Source: Hydrolagus colliei (Eukaryota). From it: 64,000 nucleotides of DNA. The stretch covers positions 6,324,001-6,388,000 of the forward strand of contig CM068756.1 in NCBI GenBank assembly GCA_035084275.1, written 5' to 3'. The notes beneath the pieces were generated by a model that was not told the DNA's origin, ran no database searches, and saw only the letters and a program-made list of their open reading frames with translations. A program made the position numbers and the translations under genes. Of this stretch, positions 56,001-64,000 are shown one piece after another (the stretch's first letter is position 1; each line of letters opens with the position of its first letter).

Positions 56001-57974
56001 TGTTATTGTATCAATAGATTTTTTTAAACTAGATTGTCATTGATTGATACAATATCTCGTATGTGTAAAGGCCTAAAGTACAATATGCACATTTGCAAAT
56101 GTTCCATAAATATCCAGCCAGAGGGGCCACAATGATCTTTTCTGGTGTTGTCCATCCCCTTCAATCATACAAATTTGGAAATTATTAAACTTTGTTCATA
56201 AACAAAAGCTTTTTTGAAACTGAATAATCTTTTCATTTTCAAATTACTGTACTATACTGCTTGCACATGTGATTTAAATTGATTTCTCATTGTTCTGAAA
56301 CAGTTACATGAAAGGAAACCTTTTATCACACCTAAAGTTTTTTTCCTGAATGGATTTTATTATTTCCTCCAGTCCCAGTGACATGTCTGTCTCATATTTC
56401 TGCCAATACCTCCAGGAGCACTGGAAGAACCACCAGAAACAGTTCATCTGTTCTCCCTACCTTGCTATGATGAAGTGGCTATCCAAATACCTTCAGGTTA
56501 GTCCAATAGTATAATAGGCTCAGTCTGATATCATATTGACATTCAATCTGAATAGGACTACTGCAATTTCTCAGATTATTTCGGGGGAAAGGGGAAGAGC
56601 TCTATGACATTAAAAGTATGGTAACACATATGGTAAATCGGAACATTAGACTGAAAACAAAATGTTGTTGAGCTTTTATCTTCAGAATTAAATGCAATTT
56701 TAATCTGAAGATTTCAATTTTGTATTTCTATTAAAGTCCCACCATCAGCCTCTAGGGAGCGCCAATGCACAGTGTTGAACCATCGTGGTATTCTTAACAA
56801 TGTCCTGATGGTTACTGTAAACCCCATTGATAAGAAAACCGACAATAGTATGAAGGTAGAGTTCATAATCTCCCAATGCCTTGGTTTAATGCTGTTTTCC
56901 TTTCATAGCAACTCTTTAAGTACAAGAAACACGATGGTCAGCTAAAACCAGTTTTATCTAGGCAACATTTAAAGTTTGCACGATTTTGGATCTCATGAAA
57001 AATGTTCTCCTTGCTGTGCAAATATGATAACGCACAATCTGCTCTACTAGTTGGGCATTCACTAGTTAAATTGAAGAAGAAATGCAATGTTAATAACAGA
57101 TAACACAGAGGAATTTAACTCAGGTTTTAAATTGCAATACTAACACGCTTCATAGACTCCTAGCCAAAGATAACTGAAAAAAAGTCAAAAATGTATTTTT
57201 TATTTTTAAGTTTACGTGATTCTTCACAATTTCCCTTGCAAGTTTAAGTGTTTTAATCCGCGTTTACGATATTGAACAAAAAAGGTCTCTGTTGAATTAT
57301 TGTTAAAACTCATTAACTTTGAACTATTAATGCGGATTTTTAACACTAGTAATTGTTTAGATGTTCTGATTTGTTTGGGGGTAAAACATTGTTGTGTTAC
57401 TCGCTGGGTGGGTGGGGGGGGGTCTATCCAATGACTGAAGGGAAGTACTAAAACCATTTTAAACAGAACGGCCCCGCGGTGTGGGAAGTTTACTGTTTCA
57501 CCTACAATTCGGAACCTCGCAAAACGTTTAACGTCAGACTCTCCACTCTTTGTACATTTGTTTGTGTGTGTGTGTGTGGGGGGGGGTGGGGGGGGGGGGA
57601 CTGACGACGATGGAAAGTTTAAAGAATTTAAGGATTGGACAAGTCCTTGAGTACAAGGAAGGAGCATATACTCGACTGTGTTTGGTGGGGGGGGGGATAA
57701 TTCCAGACAGTAAAGAGACATTAATTAGAACTGGTTCACGGCGTCGCGTTTCCGTTTAAAGCGCCACTGCTCCAACTCCAGGCGTTTGCTTTGAACTCAG
57801 GGTCCCCCGGGTGCAACGGCTCCATTCGTTCCTTCTTCCAACCCTCGGCCTGCCAGACCAGACCGCCTGTTAACTGACTCGCTTTACCTTGCCGTGCTCT
57901 TCCCCGAGTCGGGCCACTTGATGCGAGCGAAGCGCGTTGCCGGCGAGGGGCTGCTGCTTCTGCGAGTCCGCCAT
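37823..57974 (-). CDS. URI1: URI1, unconventional prefoldin RPB5 interactor 1 (11 coding exons, 521 aa; whole-gene span)
   Basis: Manual splice reconstruction: exon lengths 87+35+79+136+92+76+181+292+149+244+195 = 1566 nt, all GT-AG, open frame. Recognisable alpha-prefoldin domain (MVPFGPLAFMPGQLVHTNEVTVLLGDNWF), EELWARLDELE segment, acidic tract, RKSILKSRSRENSVCSDTSES and C-terminal KRVSKFKAAR (URI box). Confidence 0.97.
38172..38246. repeat. Short imperfect tandem repeat (gctaaacagctagtactaaaRgta, ~3 copies) in URI1 intron 10
   Basis: Directly visible repeated ~23-24 bp unit. Confidence 0.75.
38632..38875 (-). CDS. URI1: URI1 exon 10 (MFVDVVNGEYIPRKSILKSRSRENSVCSDTSESS...PGLFE)
   Basis: 244 nt, gtag|AATGTT...TTGAG|gtgaga; follows a 118 nt intron. 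Confidence 0.96.
38994..39142 (-). CDS. URI1: URI1 exon 9 (VRINTGRNTTLKFSEKKEVAKRKRRNS...LPNIKSPTDIYR)
   Basis: 149 nt, tcag|GTAAGA...TATCG|gtattt; basic NLS-like KRKRR. Confidence 0.95.
40107..40398 (-). CDS. URI1: URI1 exon 8 (TSDTVDGNSGENSSSEDEQ...DDNDDDDVPTILFTHTMEPKR)
   Basis: 292 nt, tcag|AACGTC...AAAAGG|gtaagt; acidic tract followed by PTILFTHTMEPKR. Confidence 0.92.
40655..41061. mobile_element. Tc1/mariner (pogo/Tigger-like) MITE
   Basis: TA-flanked; ends CAGTAAAAGTCAGTATATCCG ... CGGATAAACGGTTTTTACTG. Confidence 0.85.
43119..43831. mobile_element. Tc1/mariner (pogo/Tigger-like) MITE with long internal inverted repeat
   Basis: TA-flanked; ends CAGTAAAAGCCCGTTTAT ... ATAAACAGGCTTCTACTG. 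Confidence 0.9.
44570..44750 (-). CDS. URI1: URI1 exon 7 (GKCRKAHK...EEELWARLDELETQEKIQDEIDR)
   Basis: 181 nt, gcag|GAAAAT...GACAG|gtaaat; matches ORF-track 44566..44796. Confidence 0.94.
45233..45630 (+). mobile_element. L2-clade LINE 3' fragment in URI1 intron 6
   Basis: KALHGL motif, then cagcgccttgggacatcctcccgatatgaaaagcgctatacaagtgtaattttgctgttgtt tail. Confidence 0.88.
46050..46125 (-). CDS. URI1: URI1 exon 6 (KSKEIVEIHEEIQNEDLKPEDLSSQ)
   Basis: 76 nt, atag|AAAAGT...ACAAG|gtattg; IVEIHEEI resembles IVDIREEI; phases fit both neighbours. Confidence 0.88.
46225..46322 (+). mobile_element. SINE 3' part in URI1 intron 5
   Basis: tgtgaagagccttgagatgtctcagcgacatgataaggcgttatatcaaatgcagagattattatt. 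Confidence 0.75.
46861..46952 (-). CDS. URI1: URI1 exon 5 (HVQKALDDLHKVVKNFESRVKFIEDLQNVAD)
   Basis: 92 nt, tcag|ATGTAC...GCTGAT|gtatgt. Confidence 0.95.
49595..50016 (+). mobile_element. L2-clade LINE 3' fragment in URI1 intron 4
   Basis: cattggtttccccatcattcagaggattcaa...ctccatggccttgcccaaccctacctctgtgacctc is near-identical to 25214-25310; same tail. Confidence 0.88.
50211..50346 (-). CDS. URI1: URI1 exon 4 (VPFGPLAFMPGQLVHTNEVTVLLGDNWFAKCSAKQAADLVEHRKK)
   Basis: 136 nt, atag|GTGCCA...AAGC|gtaagt; alpha-prefoldin beta-hairpin signature. Confidence 0.97.
51399..52160. mobile_element. Tc1/mariner (Tc2-like) non-autonomous element spanning an assembly gap
   Basis: TA-flanked; TIR CYGTAAATACCCGCGTATARGGCGCAC at both ends; subterminal repeat of GCGTATARGGCGCAC; GC-rich interior partly N. 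Confidence 0.88.
51521..51908. other. Assembly gap
   Basis: Run of N. Confidence 1.
52410..52624. mobile_element. Short copy of the same MITE family (opposite orientation to 43119-43831)
   Basis: TA-flanked; CAGTAAAAGCCTGTTTATC ... GATAAACGGGCTTTTACTG; shares acctggccaatgccggttaaagcgc (reverse complement) with the 43119 copy. Confidence 0.9.
53325..53403 (-). CDS. URI1: URI1 exon 3 (NKVQSDYEALQERLKTLPDKLSYDVM)
   Basis: 79 nt, ttag|GAAT...TTATG|gtaggt; prefoldin helix. Confidence 0.95.
55188..55222 (-). CDS. URI1: URI1 exon 2 (VVSSCTEKIQHW)
   Basis: 35 nt, acag|GTAGTT...CATTG|gtaagt. Confidence 0.93.
55940..56005 (+). mobile_element. L2 3' tail fragment
   Basis: tgccttgggacgtcttcccgacgtgaaaggcacactataaatgtaattttgttgtt. 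Confidence 0.78.
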
Positions 57975-58400
57975 CTCCTCGCAAGCGGCGTGTGTCTGTC
58001 TGTGACTGACTGACTGTGTCTCCCTCTCTCTCTCTCTCTCTCCCCGCGAGGGGCGGAGGGGGGGAGACACACACCAAAGAAAAAATCACCTCAACAACTG
58101 CGAGTCCTAAAGAAATGTTTATGGAGGTGATCACTGCAGCCCCGGAGCTCCTGACTCCTCGTACACATAGAGGGAGCAATTGACGTTGTCATCCAGGCGG
58201 TCGGGGCGGAACACATTTCACACTCGCATTATTCCCGCTTCAGCCCCAACGGTTCGAACCAAAGCTCCGCTCGCTCTCAGCACCGCCAGCAGCTCGGCGC
58301 CATCTTGCTCTCTCTCGCTGAGCATTCTGGGAGGGCAACACAAGGCACCACAACAAGCGGCCAGACAGACAGCAGCAGCTCCAGCCTCACTCAGCCACAG
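57450..58400 (-). promoter_or_regulatory. CpG-rich promoter/first-exon region of URI1
   Basis: CpG-dense against an AT-rich background; GC box GGGGCGG (~58203), TGACGT (~58181), YY1-like AAGATGGCG (~58298-58306, minus), (GA)n tract upstream of the ATG. Confidence 0.7.
57888..57974 (-). CDS. URI1: URI1 coding exon 1 (MADSQKQQPLAGNALRSHQVARLGEEHGK)
   Basis: ATG in gagATGG context; ends AAG|gtaaag, phase 0; VARLGEEHGK resembles the VARLREEQEK end of mammalian URI1 exon 1; CpG-rich setting. Confidence 0.9.
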
Positions 58401-58537
58401 CACAGGCAACCAACACACTAGCCACAGGCAACCAGCACACTAGCCACAGGCAAACAACACACTAGCCACAGGCAACCAACACACTAGCCACAGGCAACCA
58501 ACACACTAGCCACAGGCAACCAACACAGTAGTCACAG
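58401..58537. repeat. 22 bp minisatellite, ~6 units (left arm)
   Basis: Unit gcaaccaRcacactagccacag; ctag at 58418, 58440, 58462, 58484, 58506, then a degenerate sixth unit. Confidence 0.95.
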
Positions 58538-58630
58538 TGTATTTCCCCCCTATTACAATGAGCAACAATTGGCAAGCTAAGGATCTTCAGTATTTAGAGA
58601 AGCACAACTCAGATGTAACCTTATAGATGT

Positions 58631-58750
58631 ACAACAACAACAAAATTACATTTATAGAGCGCCATGTCGGGAGGATGTCCCAAGGCGCTGAACAGCTAGG
58701 TCGGGGCCGAGCAGGGACGGATGGGTTGGGGTAGCAGCAGGGGGAAGGAG
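58631..58750 (-). mobile_element. L2 3' tail fragment in the inverted-repeat spacer
   Basis: acaacaacaacaaaattacatttatagagcgccatgtcgggaggatgtcccaaggcgctg. Confidence 0.78.
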
Positions 58751-58866
58751 AGTAGGAAACATTTTGAATGGAGCTGAAAAGCCAAATTCAGAACAATGCT
58801 TTAGAAGCGTTTCTCAAACAAGTGATAAGGCGCAAAGGATGCAAAGGATTCATATTATGTATCACT

Positions 58867-58950
58867 AAATAATAATAATCCTTGCATTTGATATAGCGCT
58901 TTTCACATCTTCTAGACGTCTCAAAGGATTTAGGATTCACAACTGTAAAA
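58867..58950 (-). mobile_element. SINE 3' tail in the inverted-repeat spacer
   Basis: aataataataatccttgcatttgatatagcgcttttcacatcttctagacgtctcaaag. Confidence 0.75.
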
Positions 58951-59254
58951 CAAGAGGCAATAATTGGTTTAAAGTGGCAAAGGACAGACACCACAAATCA
59001 CAGAATGATACAGCACTGAAGGAGGCCATTCGGCACATCATGTCTGTGCCAGCTCTTTGAAAAGAGCTATTGAAAGTCAATGAAGTTTTTCTTTAGCAGA
59101 AGAGCAAATAATTAATGACTCGGGTGGGGCGAAGGGGGGGGACAGACAGATTCCTAGGAAGAGTGCCAGAGGCAAGGACAACTGGACACTTAGTTTTAAA
59201 AATATATATATACCAGTATTTAAAAAGTTTGAGTGACAAGAGGCTGGTGTTGTG

Positions 59255-59457
59255 CTGTGGCTAGTGTGCTGGTTGCCTGTGGCTAGTGTGCTGGTTGCCT
59301 GTGGCTAGTGTGCTGGTTGCCTGTGGCTAGTGTGTTGGTTGCCTGTGGCTAGTGTGCTGGTTGCCTGTGGCTAGTGTGTTGGTTGCCTGTGGCTAGTGTG
59401 TTGGTTGCCTGTGGCTAGTGTGCTGGTTGCCTGTGGCTAGTGTGTTGGTTGCCTGTG
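59255..59457. repeat. 22 bp minisatellite, 9 units (right arm, reverse complement of the left array)
   Basis: Unit ctgtggctagtgtgYtggttgc; ctag every 22 nt from 59261 to 59437. Confidence 0.96.
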
Positions 59458-60260
59458 CTGTGGCTGAGTGAGGCTGGAGCTGCTGCTGTCTGTCTGGCCG
59501 CTTGTTGTGGTGCCTTGTGTTGCCCTCCCAGAATGCTCAGCGAGAGAGAGCAAGATGGCGCCGAGCTGCTGGCGGTGCTGAGAGCGAGCGGAGCTTTGGT
59601 TCGAACCGTTGGGGCTGAAGCGGGAATAATGCGAGTGTGAAATGTGTTCCGCCCCGACCGCCTGGATGACAACGTCAATTGCTCCCTCTATGTGTACGAG
59701 GAGTCAGGAGCTCCGGGGCTGCAGTGATCACCTCCATAAACATTTCTTTAGGACTCGCAGTTGTTGAGGTGATTTTTTCTTTGGTGTGTGTCTCCCCCCC
59801 TCCGCCCCTCGCGGGGAGAGAGAGAGAGAGAGAGGGAGACACAGTCAGTGAGTCACAGACAGACACACGCCGCTTGCGAGGAGATGGCGGACTCGCAGAA
59901 GCAGCAGCCCCTCGCCGGCAACGCGCTTCGCTCGCATCAAGTGGCCCGACTCGGGGAAGAGCACGGCAAGGTAAAAGTGGTCCCTCGCTCGAGTCCGAAT
60001 TGGTACTCGTTGCCTTCCAACATTTTGGCCTTGTGCAAACAAAACCCGTGTAAAGAGTGAGACGGTCGCCCGACATTTGAAAGTTTTGCATCGAGTTTTA
60101 CGAGGTTCCGATTTGCAGATCCTATCAAAATATCGTAGCCGCGAATTAATTCCCCAGTCCCTTTAAAGCGTTGACGTGAAATCTATTGGTTGAGCGGCTT
60201 CTAGCCATTGAGCAGTGGCGTTTGGGTGTGTCCAGAGTTCAGAGAAAGTACGAGAAGGCG
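59458..60260 (+). promoter_or_regulatory. Mirror-image CpG-rich promoter region of the duplicated exon 1
   Basis: Same motifs in the opposite orientation; CpGs continue past the donor to ~60260. Confidence 0.6.
59884..59970 (+). other. Second, inverted copy of URI1 coding exon 1 (identical 29 codons, intact AAG|gtaaaa donor); function unknown
   Basis: Same translation as 57974-57888; no URI1 exon-2-like sequence found on + up to 64000. Confidence 0.85.
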
Positions 60261-61924
60261 GTTCGTTATCCAGGCAACTCCCAGACATTTTCACAAACCT
60301 TCCCCTTGTATAGAGAGGGAAGGGAAAATAAATTAAAACAGAGGGGTTACATGTCAGAATTTGATCATCTTTCTCCTCCCATCCCCTAGGCTACCACCCC
60401 CAACTCGGTTCTCCTAGTTGAAAAGTGTAAATGTAAATTTGTATTCAACTTTTCGTAATTACAGCTTTGTAATTTTTTCTAAAGTGAAATCTGAACCTAA
60501 TCCATTCACTAATTACTTGCCAAGTCTTTTTAGATTGGCACTGGATTTAATCAGACAGATATACATATGTGTCTGATACGTGTAAATTGGAGCTATGTTT
60601 GTGCTTTCAAATACAAAGCAACAAGCAACATAAATCTGATTTAAACCAGATTCAAATGGCTTCTGCTTGTTAAACAGTTTCGTGTTTTCACAAATGTGGT
60701 GGGCATTTTCTGAATACTCATACTAACTCCCAAAACAAATTGGTGAGATGGGTGGGGTGGGGGGTTGTTTGACATTTCCAGTTATGAACAAGACAAATTA
60801 ATCATTGCATATAGTTCTTCAGCCATACATTGGCCCTGCATGAGTGTGCGTGTGTGTATGTATATATATATATATATATATATCCACACACATACACTGT
60901 CTATCAATTGGAATTATGATGCCATATGGAGTGTAGAATTTTTACCAGGAATAGAATCTGCTGTTGGAACAGGTGTTCATTGTGAATGAGTGGATGGTCA
61001 ATGGTGATCATTAGGATTTATGCTTGTACATAAATCAGTTATGTTGCCAAGTGCCACATTAAATTTTGTGTTGCTGCCACTAAGTTTCTGTGCTCTATCA
61101 TCTGACATGAGGCTTTAAAACCAGATCAAAAGTGGCTCTTTGTATGACACCCCATTTAATCAAGGCTTCTAGCATCTGCTTAAAACTATCGTGTAATCCC
61201 AAATTTGTCCCGACTTTAGATTCTGCATAGTGTGCATTCTACAATGATCTTCACCAACTTTGGGTGCCATATTTTAATTTAAGAATCAAAGAGCTGGCCC
61301 TTTCCCTGAATTCCCAACTTGTATATTTTACCAGTGACTTGTACTTTACTGTACTCTATCCCTTACCAATAATTCAGTTCCACAATGCATGTCAAAAAAG
61401 CTGTAAAATATACTTAAATTCCATACAATTTCCAATGTTTAATTTGAATGATTCTTTCACCATGTGTTGGAAATTGTTGTTTCTGATGCATATTGAATCA
61501 AACATAATCTCAATACTTGTTCACAAAAAATATTCAAGCTTACCAAAATGTTCAGGCTTCAAATCTCAGTTTGTAATAAAAAATATACATTTCTTCATGA
61601 AGTAAATAGAATGGCCATTTGATCTTAAAGATTCCAACACTAGTTGTTCAGTATCAATTTACTGTACTGAGCATAAATTATTACTTGCGAGGGTTTTTAA
61701 AAAATGCATTTACTTCTCTATTTTGACTATTTTCATGCATGTTTGCCAGGTAAACTTAAGTTGTGGTGGCCAAGTTATGCCTAAATAGCGCCTGCTGCTG
61801 TCAACAGAAGTATTTAACATAACAAAAGCCTTATTGAAAGAACAGCTGCTGGTGCAGTTTAAGTTGGAAGCCTACATCAGTGTGCCTATGGGGAGGAGCT
61901 TTCTCCAAAACTGATGATTTGATG

Positions 61925-62227
61925 ATAATAATAATCTTACATTTGATAAGTGTTTTTCATGTCTTTTAGATGTCTCAAAGCGCTTCACAGAATATACTGT
62001 AAAGTTAATTGACTGTATGTGGGCGAAACGCGGAAACCAATTGTGCACAGCAGTGTCCTGCAAAATCATGGATTGAAATGACCAATTTATTATTGTGGGT
62101 TTTTTTTGGAAGTTTATTAGGTGTGTGGAGTAAGGAAACTTGCCCCAAGTTTCGCCCTGACCTGCTTAGATTCGAACACAGGTCTAACACTTGCAAGGCA
62201 ACTGCTCTAACCACTGAGCTATAGGCC
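61925..62227 (-). mobile_element. Near full-length tRNA-derived SINE with L2-like 3' tail (DeuSINE-like)
   Basis: Minus strand begins ggcctaTAGCTCAGTGGttagagca (A box) ... GTTCGAATC (B box); body ctgtgcacaattggtttccgcgtttcgccc; tail tgtgaagcgctttgagacatct...(att)n. Confidence 0.85.
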
Positions 62228-64000
62228 TCCATAAACATTAGTACTGTACTATTAAAGTACTGTTTAGAAGCTGAGATGTGGTCATCACATTTACCTAACA
62301 AGCAGAAATGAGCAAATATGGTGAATTACAAACCATATCAATTTGGATTCCCTTCTCTTACCCCTATATTGTGATATTTTAATGCCAACCTGGATCAGTT
62401 GGCAGTACTCTCACCTGAGTTAGCTTATGCACCATGTCAGGACTTTGAACTCAGTCTAGGCTTATAATACAGTGCTGGGAAGCACTTCTCTTCCCTCCTC
62501 GCACTTGGTAGACTTCCCAATTTACTTCTGAGCCCAATTGGCTGCCATGTTTTGCACACATATTAGTGAATTTACTTCTCAGTATATTCTGTGAAGCATT
62601 TTGAGACCCCTCGAAGATGTGATACAAATGCAAGCATTATTCATGGAATGAATTCCTGAAGTAGGCCAAGCATCTTCAAACTGGGACAAAATCCTGCTGA
62701 ACCTTCATGTGGCCCATTTATCTCCTCTTTCTCACATACACACACATATATATATAATATGTAAAATCTAAAAAGCACGATTCAAAGTAATCAAGACTAA
62801 CATCCAACATGTTGGTTAAATCTAATAGAAATATTGCACTTATATTGACATCATATTGACTTGATCAACTGTCCATCTTATTTTTTCAAAAATCCAATTC
62901 AAAGCTGTCCTTCCTTTTATTGTTCCTCCTCAAAACAATTCATAATATAATTGAAGTTACAAAAATCTTTATTTCCTACTTCCATATTCTGAAGTAGTCA
63001 AAAAGACATCTATTAACTAGGAAAGAAAGTTCACAACACTCAAATCCTATGGGGAAAAATGCCTAATTATATCACATGTTCCAGCTTAGCAACTGCACAA
63101 ATCCAGTTACTTGATCTCTTCTACACAGATGGAGTCCAAGAGGCATGCATAAATTGAGTAAGAATTAAATTTTAACAGCTGCTATAGTGCAATCTGTTTT
63201 CAGTACAAGGTTGAATGGAATGTTCGCAAGATGCAAGTATTTATTGCAAGGAGTGAATGTGAAAGACTTCATATATTGAGCAACAAGATGCTTCATTTAC
63301 AGTAGTTTGAAACTTGTCAGAAAGACTTGTTTAGAATTAAAGGCAAGGGCAAATGTTATAATTCCAACTATATAAATAAGAGCACTGGAAGTACAGGAAT
63401 CATAAATTCAGGTATATGAAATTGAAATCAGATGTTTTATCACAAATGAAAGTAAAGCTCGGTTTCACTTTCTGAGAGACAATCTTGACTTGAATATGCT
63501 TAAAGCAGAGCAATTTAAGATAACCCAATCAAAGATTAACCAGGTCAGCATTTCCTCAAAAACAAGTATAAAGCTACTTGTGTGAAAATTGATTGAACAG
63601 TTGGTAAGAGTATTATCTTCATTTATAGTTTGTCAGTTTTTAAATGAGAAACAAGCTTCAAATAGTGATTTCATATCACTGAACCATCAAGGTGAGGTTT
63701 TACTGTACTTTCAGGCAACATCCAGTGCACAGGAGCATCACTCATGATTGCTCACTGTGGTATATATGCCTGCTGATATCAAATCTTTAAAAAAAATGCT
63801 GAGGTGATAGATGATTGTACCTCAAATAGAACTTCGAATTGTCCTTCAGAACATATTATGGTCACTCCATTTTCTATGAGAGAACCAGTTATAGCCATTA
63901 ATTTATGATAACAGTATGTAGAATTTCCAATTTAGCACTCTGAACCATCTTCAAAGATGTGTGGCATCAAGTAATTGCTCAATTGAAACTTTATCTACAA

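Larger units (their letters stand above)
57883..59975. repeat. Inverted duplication of URI1 promoter/5'UTR/exon 1 (arms ~57883-58537 and ~59255-59975)
   Basis: The 518 bp unique arms (57883-58400 vs 59458-59975) align without indels (paired coordinates sum to 117858); one substitution seen by eye; the ORF track shows mirrored ORFs. Confidence 0.97.

Noticed and set aside
59255-59457. Regular 22 bp repeats as a CRISPR array
   Set aside because: Units are head-to-tail with no unique spacers; eukaryotic context with no cas genes. It is a minisatellite.
57736-60091. Mirrored ORFs of 60-147 aa as separate genes
   Set aside because: Off-frame or antisense readings of the GC-rich duplicated arms, mostly with non-ATG starts; only the 29-codon exon has URI1 homology.
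62150-62227. tRNA gene on the minus strand
   Set aside because: A and B boxes are present, but I see no closing acceptor stem and it runs straight into a SINE body found elsewhere in the window.
63129-63157. Possible second exon of the rightward transcript (ctacacag|ATG...TGA|gtaaga)
   Set aside because: Splice-like flanks only; in-frame stop after 7 codons and no URI1 similarity. Unsupported without RNA data.
63715-63800. Another acceptor candidate (tactttcag|GCAACA)
   Set aside because: Would add ATSSAQEHHS-stop; no homology, and such acceptors arise by chance.

Overview
AT-rich vertebrate genomic DNA. Its repeats (L2 LINEs, tRNA-headed SINEs with an L2-like tail, CR1 3' ends, an L1/Tx1 fragment) suggest a cartilaginous fish, possibly a chimaera; this is inference. 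One complete protein-coding gene is present: URI1 (unconventional prefoldin RPB5 interactor), minus strand, 11 coding exons from 57974 to 37823. All introns are GT-AG with consistent phases, giving a 1566 nt CDS (521 aa). The first ~37 kb has no recognisable gene and holds LINE, SINE and MITE remnants. The most unusual feature is a near-perfect inverted duplication of the URI1 promoter, 5' UTR and coding exon 1 (57883-58537 vs 59255-59975), placed head-to-head. Identity stops just inside the splice donor, each arm has its own VNTR allele, and older diverged homology persists in the two intron-1 regions. Other oddities: a double-tailed L1/Tx1 insertion, a Tc/mariner MITE with an internal hairpin, and a splice donor regenerated at the URI1 exon 8/9 junction. 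Assembly gaps lie at 2085-2240 and 51521-51908. Repeat boundaries are approximate unless TIR/TSD are given.
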